Notes: a model not told the origin generated them from the letters alone. A DNA stretch of 20,000 bases from an uncultured virus (IMG/VR IMGVR_UViG_3300027303_000001) (IMGVR_UViG_3300027303_000001); one strand, 5' to 3'. Shown: positions 4,411 to 13,660, counted from the first letter of the stretch. Translations and numbers: made by a program.

Positions 4411-6642
4411 ATGCTACCCATCCGCCGTTCTACCTCCGCGTCTGCCAGCTGGTTGGTACGTCATGTCGAGAACATGGCCCGCAAGCTCGGCAACAGCAAG
4501 CTCGCCGGTGGCGCCAGCCGCAAGATCCTCGAAGGCTACCTGCTCGAAGCGCGCAAGAACGGCAAGGTCCTCAAGGCCACGATCCTCGACCTGCCGGCGT
4601 TCCTGCTGCTAGTCGGTCGGTATATCCCGGAAAACCTGCCGTTCAACCGTGACCAGTCGTTCGTTCAGACCCTGAACCAGGGGCGCGACGCGTACATGCC
4701 GGGGAAACTCACTGAAGTTCTGGACCCACGTCTCGAGCCGTTGGTACTGGCCGGGCCGTTGAACACCGTGCGTTTGGGTGTGCCGACGGGCGAGGAGAGC
4801 GTGAGTCCGACCCGGTACTGGGGACTTGGCGTGCCGTTCACCGGTGTGGGGATGACCCATGTGTACTCAGCGATCCGCGGGGGCGTAGACCGATGGCCCA
4901 TGAGCTACGCGATCAACGGGGAACCGTTCGTGTGGAGGCTGGTGATCGAGGCGCCGACGGTGGTTCGGTGGGTGACAACGGACGGGGAGACGGTACAGAC
5001 GCCCCAGGATCCTCAGTCGGCGGCGAGTGGCTGGACGCTGGAGATCGGCGAGCAGGCGCTCAACGGCGGGGCGACGGCGATAACGCGGTTGCTCGACGCG
5101 CCAGAGGCGAGTTATGAGTTGAACTGGGAGGCGGCGCAGTACCCGTGGATGGTGGCGGGGCGGCCGGTTTCGTTCACGACGGACACAGGGGACCTCGGGT
5201 TTCGTATCACAGTCGCTTGTCACGTGACGTACGAGGCGGCGGGGCCGTACTACTGGTACGACAGGGTAGAGCGGCCGGACGACCCGACGGGTGGGGGCGG
5301 TGCGTGGAGCGAGGGCAGTAACGGGACCAGCGACCCAGTCGGTGGGGTTCCCTCCGGGGCGAAGGGGTTGTGGGCGGCGGACATCGAGGTGGTTGGGCCG
5401 GCGGCACGAGTGGTGAACAGCTACCGCGTGTTTGGCGGGTCTACGGACCGGGAGCCGTTGCTCAGAGACAGGACGGCGTTTGGGGCGCTGGGGACGTGGT
5501 ACCTGAACAACCTGACGTACCGGTCGCCGATGAGCACGATCGAGAACGAGAACGGCACGCGGACGTCGATCATGATCAGCGCCACGTTCGTGGAGCGGAC
5601 ACCGGACTGGTATACGTTCGGGGCGGACCCGGCTTACTCGAGCAAGGAGTTCAAGGGCAGCCTGTTCGTGGACGTGACGTGGTTCGACAACGGGGCGGTG
5701 CGCCGGCAGAACCTGACCACGACGGACCTCAAGCGCGGGGTGTTCCACGATGATGTGGGCGAGGCGCCGTATAACGGGACGAATGTGGCGTTCGACATCG
5801 GCGATGCGGACGAGGACAGGTTCACGATAGGCTCGGATACGGACGGGACCAGTGTGGTGTTTCCGGTGTTCTCGGCGTTTGAGCCCGGGGAGTTGCCGCG
5901 GTTGCGGGTGTACGTGGCGACGCGGGACGGGGTTCAGCTACGCTACAGCGGCAAGCCGGGGTTCAGCTGGTGCATGGCCTGCGCCACGGGCGAGCAGATG
6001 ATTTACAACTACGGCGTGGTGGACAGGCCGCTCACGGGCGACGCGCAGTACGGCGAGTGGATTACGCTGCCTGCGCCGTATGACCACGTCACGTACATCG
6101 GCAACAACCGGTTCATGTTCTATGTCTCGCACGAGTTGTCCGAGCGCCCGGCGGACAACTTTTTCTGGGCGCCGGCCGGTTCCATCGGCGTGGCTACTTA
6201 CAATCTGGTCACCGACGAGGTGCGGCTCGAGGGCGTGGTGGACAGCCAGCTGGTGTCGAACGGCTTCGGCGCGGAATCGCCGTACACGGCCCAGCAGGCG
6301 TGGTTCTACGTGTCGGAAACCAGCGCCTACACCGTGCCGGTGTTCGCGAACTCGGCCAAGCTGGGGCGGATCGAGGTACTGCGGCCGGAAGGCGCGGGAT
6401 ACGACCCAACGGACGAGAACTCTCCTGGCCACCCGGCCACGCTGATCGTGACGCAGGGGAAGGGACAGCCCGGGCTGAACCTGGAAGACTGGGACAACGA
6501 CGACATCACACAGGGACGGACGTGGATCAGTTATGATTCGGGCAAGACGTGGACCCTGATCATGAACTACGGCTCGCCGGTCGGGGCGTTCCACGCAGGC
6601 AACGCAGCGCAGGCTCGCACCGAGCCGATCGTGAGGGTTTGA
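4411..6642 (+). CDS. Large hypothetical protein (about 743 aa), probably virion-associated and beta-rich, with one C-terminal Asp-box (SYDSGKTW)
   Basis: Track ORF 4291..6642 overlaps tRNA3, so the start was moved to ATG 4411 (start uncertain). Rich in Trp/Tyr/Gly/Thr/Asp; head of the structural operon. Confidence 0.75.
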   Translation: MLPIRRSTSASASWLVRHVENMARKLGNSKLAGGASRKILEGYLLEARKNGKVLKATILDLPAFLLLVGRYIPENLPFNRDQSFVQTLNQGRDAYMPGKLTEVLDPRLEPLVLAGPLNTVRLGVPTGEESVSPTRYWGLGVPFTGVGMTHVYSAIRGGVDRWPMSYAINGEPFVWRLVIEAPTVVRWVTTDGETVQTPQDPQSAASGWTLEIGEQALNGGATAITRLLDAPEASYELNWEAAQYPWMVAGRPVSFTTDTGDLGFRITVACHVTYEAAGPYYWYDRVERPDDPTGGGGAWSEGSNGTSDPVGGVPSGAKGLWAADIEVVGPAARVVNSYRVFGGSTDREPLLRDRTAFGALGTWYLNNLTYRSPMSTIENENGTRTSIMISATFVERTPDWYTFGADPAYSSKEFKGSLFVDVTWFDNGAVRRQNLTTTDLKRGVFHDDVGEAPYNGTNVAFDIGDADEDRFTIGSDTDGTSVVFPVFSAFEPGELPRLRVYVATRDGVQLRYSGKPGFSWCMACATGEQMIYNYGVVDRPLTGDAQYGEWITLPAPYDHVTYIGNNRFMFYVSHELSERPADNFFWAPAGSIGVATYNLVTDEVRLEGVVDSQLVSNGFGAESPYTAQQAWFYVSETSAYTVPVFANSAKLGRIEVLRPEGAGYDPTDENSPGHPATLIVTQGKGQPGLNLEDWDNDDITQGRTWISYDSGKTWTLIMNYGSPVGAFHAGNAAQARTEPIVRV

Positions 6643-6643
6643 A

Positions 6644-7681
6644 ATGGCGTATCTCTACACAGCCGCGGTGAACATCACGGACGCGGCGCAGGTGGACTTG
6701 TTCTCGGACGTCGTGTTTGTGGACCTCGAGAGCGGCGCGTATCAGGCGAACAGCGTCGACCTGTCGGGCGTCAAGGCGTGGATCCTGGCGAATCTGGGGC
6801 AGAGTCCGCGCAGCTCCTCGATTGGGTTCCTCGGTTACGAGTCAACGCAAGGGTCGGTCTGGGCGTACAACGGGTTCTATTTCGTGGTGGACGTGAACCC
6901 CAAGCCCAGCGTTCCAGCGTCGGCTGGGTACCGCGTGTTGAACCCGACGGATCAGCAGCAGCTGGGCTACGCGCTGGGGCTGGATGCGACGGGCCTGTAC
7001 TTCGTCCTCGACTCGAACAGCGGGTCGATGATCCGGATCGGCTTCGACGGCGTTGTCGCCACGGCTTCGATCGGCACACCGTTCACACGCAACCCGCTGG
7101 GGTGTCCGCTGCTCTGGCGCGACGGCACCAAGTTCCGCGCGTTTGGTCAGGTCGGTACCGACTTCAGTTCGTCCCAGCGCGGCGCCACCGGGGAGTTTTC
7201 GGTACCGGGGAACGGCTCAGGGTTGGACGGCGCGCGGAGCGCATCGGGGGTCGGGCAGAATCGTGGCACCCTGTTTGCCGGGTATTTCTACGGGTACCAA
7301 CCGCTTGCAGGGAATGACACGACGACGCAGGGCCAAGGGTTCATCAGCGCGGAGAATCAGTCGTCCACGAGCTGCGACCTGAAGGCTGTGGCTACGACGT
7401 ACGACGGGCAGAACCTGATGCAGGTTTTCTTGCAGACCAGCCTGGTGCGAGACAGCGGCGGTGGGTTCTTCCTCAGCGGCGTAGAGGTTGGCACGGTCTT
7501 TGACATGGAGAAACTGGTTATCGAGCAGTTTGTCAGGGAAGGGCGCTCGTATCAGTTTGGCGGGTTCGGTGGGGTGCAGGTCCAGGGGCTGCTGGGGGCG
7601 CTGCCGCCGTGGGAGCCAGATGCGCCCGGCCAACCGGTTCAGTTCTGGACCAACGTGGTACAAGCGGTTGAGAGCGTGTAG
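6644..7681 (+). CDS. Hypothetical protein (345 aa), probable virion structural protein
   Basis: ORF track; starts 1 nt after the previous stop, with GAGGG upstream; Gly/Ser/aromatic-rich, ending in a Pro linker plus FWTNVVQAVESV. Confidence 0.75.
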   Translation: MAYLYTAAVNITDAAQVDLFSDVVFVDLESGAYQANSVDLSGVKAWILANLGQSPRSSSIGFLGYESTQGSVWAYNGFYFVVDVNPKPSVPASAGYRVLNPTDQQQLGYALGLDATGLYFVLDSNSGSMIRIGFDGVVATASIGTPFTRNPLGCPLLWRDGTKFRAFGQVGTDFSSSQRGATGEFSVPGNGSGLDGARSASGVGQNRGTLFAGYFYGYQPLAGNDTTTQGQGFISAENQSSTSCDLKAVATTYDGQNLMQVFLQTSLVRDSGGGFFLSGVEVGTVFDMEKLVIEQFVREGRSYQFGGFGGVQVQGLLGALPPWEPDAPGQPVQFWTNVVQAVESV

Positions 7682-7737
7682 AGTGAACCGGCGCGCGGCC
7701 GCGCGATCCTAATCAGACACCCAAAGGAGTCATGGCC

Positions 7738-8307
7738 ATGACTGCAAAAAAGACTGCCGACAAAGACACTGACAAGACCGCCTCTCCGGCACCCGCTGTT
7801 GTTGCCGCTGACGGCGCGCCCGTTCCGGCTTCCGGCGGCATCGGCGAACTGGCTTCCGGCCAGACCGATCCGGCGCTCAGCACCGAGACTGAGACCGCGA
7901 CCGTCACCACCGAAGACGGCGACAAGGCCACCCTCGAAGTGCCGAAGGTTGCTGGCGCAGCAGCTGCTGTCGCTGAACGCGCCAAGGTCGACCTGCGTCA
8001 GCGCGGCGTCCAGCCACAGCCTGAAACCGTGAACGGCAAGTCCGTGATCGGCAAGAAGCTGAACGAAGCTGGTACCGAGTGGGTCGATGACCCTGACTAC
8101 GTCGCGCCTGTTGGCGCTGTCAGCACCTTTTTCGATCGCATCGGCCTGGCATTCACCAACGAAGCACAGCGTCTGGTCGTTGAAGAACTGGCTCGCCACA
8201 TTGGCATCGATGACGACGCTGACGCCAATCTGGTGACTCTGCCGGAAGGCATGTCCGCGGTGAAGTCGGTTGCCAGCCAGCGTCAGGACCTGAATAAACT
8301 GGGCTAG
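7738..8307 (+). CDS. Hypothetical protein (189 aa), Ala/Thr/Asp-rich disordered N-terminus
   Basis: Strong AAAGGAG RBS 8 nt before ATG 7738 (track start 7732); GCT/ACT/GAA-rich codon use suggests high expression. Confidence 0.8.
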   Translation: MTAKKTADKDTDKTASPAPAVVAADGAPVPASGGIGELASGQTDPALSTETETATVTTEDGDKATLEVPKVAGAAAAVAERAKVDLRQRGVQPQPETVNGKSVIGKKLNEAGTEWVDDPDYVAPVGAVSTFFDRIGLAFTNEAQRLVVEELARHIGIDDDADANLVTLPEGMSAVKSVASQRQDLNKLG

Positions 8308-8399
8308 GCCCGCGTCAGGGAAGCAACACAGCACTGGACGCAGCCCCAAGGATGGGGCACCATCCTCTCCAGCAAGCCGTCGGCCCATGGAGAAGACGC

Positions 8400-8684
8400 A
8401 TGAAAATCCGCTTTCGCACGCAAGACACCCGTCGTTCCTGGGCTCGCAAGCTCAACGCCCTCTTCAAGCCGCTGAACCTCGCCGCAGCCAAACTGCCGTT
8501 CCGCGAAGTCCCCGATACCTGGTATCAGTGGGAGCGCGAACTCGAGTCTGTTCGCCGCGCGCTGTCGGCGACCTACAATCTGAAAGGGGTCGGCCACTTC
8601 GACGTGGCGTTCACCCGGCAGATGTGGGCGCGCAACCTGAATCGTCTGTCTGCTGCCATCGAAGCCGGACCGGTAACGCCGTAA
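8400..8684 (+). CDS. Small basic hypothetical protein (94 aa) with three internal W-x-R-x-L repeats
   Basis: GGAG RBS before ATG 8400 within track ORF 8352..8684. Confidence 0.75.
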   Translation: MKIRFRTQDTRRSWARKLNALFKPLNLAAAKLPFREVPDTWYQWERELESVRRALSATYNLKGVGHFDVAFTRQMWARNLNRLSAAIEAGPVTP

Positions 8685-8694
8685 GGAGCTTCGT

Positions 8695-9480
8695 ATGCTG
8701 GGCGACGTTCTGCCAGTCCAGATCCGGGTAGAACCGGGTCACCAGACCATCTATCGCTCCCGCGATAACCCGGTGTCGCTGACGTTCAAGCAGTGGAACG
8801 GCCGCAAGGACAGCCCGCTGGACTTCAGCAACATCACCCGCATGGTCATGGTGTTCACCAACGTCGAGCCGCAGATTTCGTTCGACTCGGACCTCATGCC
8901 GGACGTGTTCACGTGGATCGGCGCGGCTCCTGGCCAGATCAAGTTGGAGCTCTCGCAGTTCGACTACCCCGCCTCCGATGCCGGCTACGAAGCGCTGCTG
9001 ATCGCCTTCGACGCCCAGCACCCCGACGGTCAAGTCCTGAGCAGCCGCGAGGGCTACGCCAAGGTCACGTTCTCCGTGGCCGAGACCTACATCAACGGCA
9101 CCCCGCTGCAACCGCTTCCTACAGGCGACCTTCAGTCGATCCGTCGTACTGCCGGCACCACGATCAGCGCACTTCGCGTCCTGTACGAGAAGCAGGGCCT
9201 GGTCTACCCGGTGGACACAGCCACCACGGATGTCTTCCAGATCATGGGTGTATCGATCAGCAGCGGCATCGCCGGCGCGCAGATCGTGATCCAGACCGAG
9301 GGCTACATCGAAGACTCGAGCTGGAACTGGAGCACGGCGAACGGCGGGCTCGTATTTGCAACAAGCGGTGGCATACTGACACAGACGCCGCCTACAATCG
9401 GTTGGGACGTAGTGGTCGGTTTCGCCACCTCGCCGACCCGACTAAACCTCGATATGGATGAGCCAGTCTTTCTGGCGTAG
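8695..9480 (+). CDS. Virion structural protein (261 aa): N-terminal adaptor-like domain (BppU-like pattern) plus C-terminal beta-rich fibre-base/decoration-like domain
   Basis: AAGGAG RBS; PLDFSNIT...GQIKLEL...YEALL pattern recalled from adaptor domains (not verified by search); C-terminal domain resembles the next gene. Confidence 0.6.
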   Translation: MLGDVLPVQIRVEPGHQTIYRSRDNPVSLTFKQWNGRKDSPLDFSNITRMVMVFTNVEPQISFDSDLMPDVFTWIGAAPGQIKLELSQFDYPASDAGYEALLIAFDAQHPDGQVLSSREGYAKVTFSVAETYINGTPLQPLPTGDLQSIRRTAGTTISALRVLYEKQGLVYPVDTATTDVFQIMGVSISSGIAGAQIVIQTEGYIEDSSWNWSTANGGLVFATSGGILTQTPPTIGWDVVVGFATSPTRLNLDMDEPVFLA

Positions 9481-9488
9481 GAGACAGC

Positions 9489-10004
9489 ATGGCTGGCAAA
9501 AAGTATATGAGCCGCTCCGGCGGTAAAAACGTCCTCGTTGCGGCCACTCAGGCCTCGGCGGGCGCAGCGAACGCAGGCGACATCGTGGCCCTGGGGTCCG
9601 ATGGCAAGATCGACAGCTCCATGGTCACTGGCTCCGGCCCTTCGACACGACCTATCGTGGCGAGTGAAGCGATCGGCGCGGGCAAGTTCGTGAATATCTA
9701 CTCGAACGCCGGGGTGCTGAACATCCGCCTGGCCGATAACTCGAACAGCCGTCCTGCGCATGGGTTTGTTCTGGCGGCTGTGGCCAACGCCGGTACCGGT
9801 GCGGTCTACGACATGGACGCAGTGAACAGCGGCTTGTCGGGGCTTACCATCGGCGCTGATTACTTCCTGGGTACTGCGGGGGGCGTTATCACACCTGCCC
9901 TGGACTCGACGACTGCTACCGCGGGCAGCATCGACCAGCGCATCGGGATCGCTCTCAGCACCACCGAGATCGACACCGAAGATTACGAATTCGTGGTGCT
10001 CTGA
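9489..10004 (+). CDS. Virion structural protein (171 aa), fibre-base/decoration-like
   Basis: AGGAG RBS; Gly/Ala-rich; ASEAIGAG..HGFVL..YFLGTAGG..IGIALS pattern paralogous to the C-terminal half of the 261-aa protein. Confidence 0.6.
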   Translation: MAGKKYMSRSGGKNVLVAATQASAGAANAGDIVALGSDGKIDSSMVTGSGPSTRPIVASEAIGAGKFVNIYSNAGVLNIRLADNSNSRPAHGFVLAAVANAGTGAVYDMDAVNSGLSGLTIGADYFLGTAGGVITPALDSTTATAGSIDQRIGIALSTTEIDTEDYEFVVL

Positions 10005-12067
10005 TGGCTGCCCGTCGCCCGCTGGTTCGTGTAGGGGGTCAGAACGTCCAGTTGCCGGCGGGCGATACATTGGCAGGCGTAGGGGATTTCCTGAAAGATG
10101 GCTCGGTACAGATGACCGGACCGTTGGCTTATGCGAATCAGGCGAATGTAGCGGTCGGCAGCACTACTAACATCGGTGCAGCTAATTCCAACTATATCCG
10201 GTTAATCGGCGGGTCTGGGGTTTCAGTTACTCGATTCGACGCTAGCGTTGACGGCGCGTTCAGGCATATACGACTGCCTGCCGGGGTAACTTTGGTTAAC
10301 GGTGCATTCCTGACCCTGCCGGGTTTTTCGGATATTGTTACTCAGGAGGGCGACTTCGCACTGGCATTCTGTAGTGGTGGCAACACTTGGCGGGTAATCG
10401 ACTACACTCGCGCAGATGGTACCGCCCTGGTCTCAAGTGGCGGCTCCGGCCCGGCCAGTACCGACGCGCTGCCTGAAGGATCGACGAATCTCTACTTCAC
10501 CGCTGTTCGCGTCCTCGGCACCGCGCTGGCGGGCTTCGCTTCGTCTGTAGGAGCGGTAACAGCCGCAGACACGATCCTGTCAGCTCTGGGAAAACTGGAG
10601 GGCACCAAGGCGCCACTGGCGTCGCCTGCGCTCACGGGTACTCCGACAGCGCCTACAGCAGCCGCAGGGACCAGCACCACCCAAGTCTCGACCACGGCGT
10701 TCGCTACCGGCGCGGCCAATGCAGCCGCTGCTGCCAGCGTCCCGCTGACTTCGGTCGGCGCCGCCAACGGCGTGGCGCCTCTCGGTTCCGACAGCAAGAT
10801 CGCAGCAGCCTACCTGCCCAGCTACGTCGACGACGTACTCGAGTTCGCGAACCTTGCCGCTTTCCCGGCGACGGGCGAGACGGGCAAGATCTACATCGCC
10901 CTGGACACCAACCGCGAGTATCGCTGGTCCGGCAGCATCTATGTCCAGTTGGTGGCCTCACCGGGTACGACCGACAACGTTCCTGAAGGCACGACGAACC
11001 TCTACTTCACCGCTGCGCGCGTGCTCGGTACGGCGCTCGCAGGCTTCGCCTCGGCCGTCGGCGCGGTAAGCGCTTCGGACTCGATCCTCAGCGCCATCGG
11101 CAAGCTTCAGGGTACCAAGGTCGACGCTGTCAGCGGCAAGGGGTTGTCGACCAACGATTACACCACCGCAGAGCAGACCAAGCTTGCGGGGATAGCTACC
11201 GGGGCTACCAACAACCCCGATACCGGGTCTTTGGCCGAGGGTACGAATCTCTACTTCACGCAGAACCGGGTAAGAGCGACCCTGCTAACAGGTCTGTCCG
11301 TCGCGACTGGCGGTGTCATCGCCGCTGCCGATACCGTTTTGCAGGCGTTCGGCAAACTTCAGTACCAACTGAGCAACCTGACAAAGTCCAACGTCGGGCT
11401 CGCTAACGTCGATAACACCAGCGACGTAAACAAGCCGGTGAGCACTGCCCAGCAGTCGGCATTGGATACCAAAGTCACAAAGACCGGTTCAGAAACTATC
11501 GCAGGTGTAAAGACCTTTAGCAGTAGTCCTATTGTTCCCACGGTCGCAGGTAGCGATACTTCGCAAGCGGCCGCAAGCAGCGCCGGCGTACGAGCGATAA
11601 TGGCCCAGTTCGGTTTGGGCGCTTCTGATTTGCAACCGCTAGCCAACGCTGACGACATGACTTTAAAGCCGGGCTGGTACATCACAACGGCTTCAACCAC
11701 CGGTACTCTGCCGGCTGTGTACGGTATCGTCAGGTCGGACAGCCTTGCCGGGGGTGGAAGCACCAATACTTGGGCGCTCTACACGTTTTATGCAACTAAC
11801 GGAAACATCTACACGCGATTTTCTATAAACCTTGCAGCGTGGTCGCCGTGGCGCCAGCAAGTTTTTGCAAGCGGCGCAGATTTCACTGGTGCTGTGACAT
11901 TTGCCGCACCGCTCAAGTTGGGCCAGTACACCCTAACCACTCTACCCAGCGCTGCGACCTACAGCGGCTACACGATCGATGTGACAAACGCCACCGGTGG
12001 CGTCAAGCAATGTCGGTCGAACGGAGCAAACTGGATAGTCGTCAACACCACAAACGTAGTGAATTAA
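10004..12067 (+). CDS. Fibre protein (687 aa; tail or head fibre) with modular repeats and a C-terminal knob-like region
   Basis: Typical fibre motifs: APLASPALTGTPTAPT, KGLSTNDYTTAEQTKLAGIATGA, VGLANVDNTSDVNKPVSTAQ, ETIAGVKTF, pyocin-knob-like PGWY...IYTR...WSPW; three EGxTNLYFT repeats. Confidence 0.85.
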   Translation: MAARRPLVRVGGQNVQLPAGDTLAGVGDFLKDGSVQMTGPLAYANQANVAVGSTTNIGAANSNYIRLIGGSGVSVTRFDASVDGAFRHIRLPAGVTLVNGAFLTLPGFSDIVTQEGDFALAFCSGGNTWRVIDYTRADGTALVSSGGSGPASTDALPEGSTNLYFTAVRVLGTALAGFASSVGAVTAADTILSALGKLEGTKAPLASPALTGTPTAPTAAAGTSTTQVSTTAFATGAANAAAAASVPLTSVGAANGVAPLGSDSKIAAAYLPSYVDDVLEFANLAAFPATGETGKIYIALDTNREYRWSGSIYVQLVASPGTTDNVPEGTTNLYFTAARVLGTALAGFASAVGAVSASDSILSAIGKLQGTKVDAVSGKGLSTNDYTTAEQTKLAGIATGATNNPDTGSLAEGTNLYFTQNRVRATLLTGLSVATGGVIAAADTVLQAFGKLQYQLSNLTKSNVGLANVDNTSDVNKPVSTAQQSALDTKVTKTGSETIAGVKTFSSSPIVPTVAGSDTSQAAASSAGVRAIMAQFGLGASDLQPLANADDMTLKPGWYITTASTTGTLPAVYGIVRSDSLAGGGSTNTWALYTFYATNGNIYTRFSINLAAWSPWRQQVFASGADFTGAVTFAAPLKLGQYTLTTLPSAATYSGYTIDVTNATGGVKQCRSNGANWIVVNTTNVVN

Positions 12068-12465
12068 TGATGGCCTTTACTAAAGAAATTATCCGAAATG
12101 AAGTTTTGCTGCGTTTCGGCGAAGTTGGCGAAGACCGTGGTAAGTTGGTCGGAGCGCTACAGCGCAGCTTGGAACAAGTGCTGGAAGATGGGGTTATTAT
12201 CAGCTCAAAAGCGCTCGATCCCGAACAGCTTTCAACAATTCCCAATCAGTCTGGAACGCCACTGGCGGATGTGCTCGGTGAAGTGAACGCTCAGACGATC
12301 GTCGATAACCAGTTGATGATCGCTAGAATAGAAGCTGGGCAGGCGAACGTGGTGACACTTACCGAGCAACTTGACGCGGCGCGAATCGAAATCCAACGGT
12401 TGAAAGACCTGCTAGCGCAGCCCGCAGAGGTCGAAGCCGTAGGGCCAACCGACCGAAACACTTAG
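12067..12465 (+). CDS. Hypothetical protein (132 aa), putative fibre assembly chaperone with C-terminal coiled coil
   Basis: TAATG overlap with the fibre stop (3' part of track ORF 11839..12465); function inferred from position only. Confidence 0.6.
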   Translation: MMAFTKEIIRNEVLLRFGEVGEDRGKLVGALQRSLEQVLEDGVIISSKALDPEQLSTIPNQSGTPLADVLGEVNAQTIVDNQLMIARIEAGQANVVTLTEQLDAARIEIQRLKDLLAQPAEVEAVGPTDRNT

Positions 12466-12494
12466 TAACACTCGACTGATTAAAGGAGATTGGC

Positions 12495-13091
12495 GTGCTC
12501 TACATATACGGAAAGCTTAACAGCACCGAGTTCTACGACAACGGCGGACCTCTGGACCCACCTGACCCGAACTGGATTTTGATGGTCGGCTACCCGCCCG
12601 CGGTGTCCGGGGCGACGCCGCCGAACCCTTATTTCGAATATCGGGCGCAAACCAACGGCACCTGGCTCGAGTTCGCTATCCCTGCCCCGGCGAGAGTGCT
12701 GGTGGTGCATGACGGTAAACTGAAGACCGTCAGCTGCATTTACTTGGGAACCGATTTCGCAGAGACCTCCGTCGGCGCGCTCCCAAGTTTCGCCGCCTCG
12801 CAGCGACGTCGGACCCGCAAAGACATCACTATCGGTGCGAACGGCGTCGGGACCATCGACATCACCCCGCCTGCCGGCCAACCTCCGTACGCTGTTGCGC
12901 CTGACATTGATCCTATCGTCACCACCAACGCGTCGGGCACGGTGACCTACGTTCCTAAGGTCTCCGCCCTCAGTACGACCTCGCTGTCTGTTACGGCCGT
13001 ACGTACGAAGGGCACTTTGCTATTGACCGCCGGACCGATCGAAGCGGCCGTCGCCGGCGACGTGGTATCCGTCTGGATTATCGAAAAGTAG
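12495..13091 (+). CDS. Hypothetical protein (198 aa), Pro/Thr/Gly-rich, possibly structural
   Basis: AAAGGAG RBS before a GTG start; ORF track. Confidence 0.7.
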   Translation: MLYIYGKLNSTEFYDNGGPLDPPDPNWILMVGYPPAVSGATPPNPYFEYRAQTNGTWLEFAIPAPARVLVVHDGKLKTVSCIYLGTDFAETSVGALPSFAASQRRRTRKDITIGANGVGTIDITPPAGQPPYAVAPDIDPIVTTNASGTVTYVPKVSALSTTSLSVTAVRTKGTLLLTAGPIEAAVAGDVVSVWIIEK

Positions 13092-13168
13092 GTTGACCTT
13101 TCGATAAGTCGCTTCTGTGTTGCATCTACGGTATAGTCCGGCCAAACGCCATACTGGAGATGCAACAC

Positions 13169-13660
13169 ATGAGCGGCAACGTTGAAGACCCACGTACGGG
13201 GATTCAGTTGTTTTCGCCCGCCGGACCTGAGTTTCGGCCAGAGTGGGATCAGCGACTGGTAGTCGACTTCGCACTTGGCACTACAACCGAAACTATCCTT
13301 GAGGTTCACAATCTCCAGGCGCATCAATTCGATGCGATCTGCCGCACGCCGACGTTCGTCATGGCTGTTGCAGACCTGAAAAAGTCCCTCGAGAAAGATG
13401 GCGCGACCTTCAAATTCAAAGCCGGCCTACAAGTCGATTCCTACCTGAGCGTCGCCCACAGCATGATCACGGATCCGGAAATGGACCCCCGTGTTCGCAC
13501 CCGGCTGATCGAGGACATGGCTCGCTGGGCGGGCTACGACCAGCCCGCGCAGGTGGGTGGCGGCGGGGCCGGTCGAGGCTTCGAGATCAACATTCAGTTC
13601 GGCGTCGGCGGCAACCGTTCGGGCCTGACCATCGACGCGGACGAGATCAATGGGAACTAA
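13169..13660 (+). CDS. terS: Probable terminase small subunit (163 aa)
   Basis: Directly upstream of and overlapping TerL; helical core followed by a C-terminal beta strand (GFEINIQFG..LTIDA); GGAG RBS favours ATG 13169. Confidence 0.65.
   Translation: MSGNVEDPRTGIQLFSPAGPEFRPEWDQRLVVDFALGTTTETILEVHNLQAHQFDAICRTPTFVMAVADLKKSLEKDGATFKFKAGLQVDSYLSVAHSMITDPEMDPRVRTRLIEDMARWAGYDQPAQVGGGGAGRGFEINIQFGVGGNRSGLTIDADEINGN

Noticed and set aside
7692..7705. Perfect 14-bp GC palindrome CGCGCGGCCGCGCG in an intergenic gap
   Set aside because: Single copy, low complexity, no loop or U tract; plausible by chance at this GC content.
10457..11362. Fibre repeats as a diversity-generating retroelement TR/VR pair or a CRISPR-like array
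   Set aside because: Repeats are in-frame protein repeats with many synonymous, non-adenine-specific differences; no reverse transcriptase or spacer structure.
13094..13135. Possible promoter before terS (TTGACC, TTGCAT, TATAGT)
   Set aside because: Neither -35-like hexamer is 16-18 bp from the -10-like hexamer; cannot be supported.
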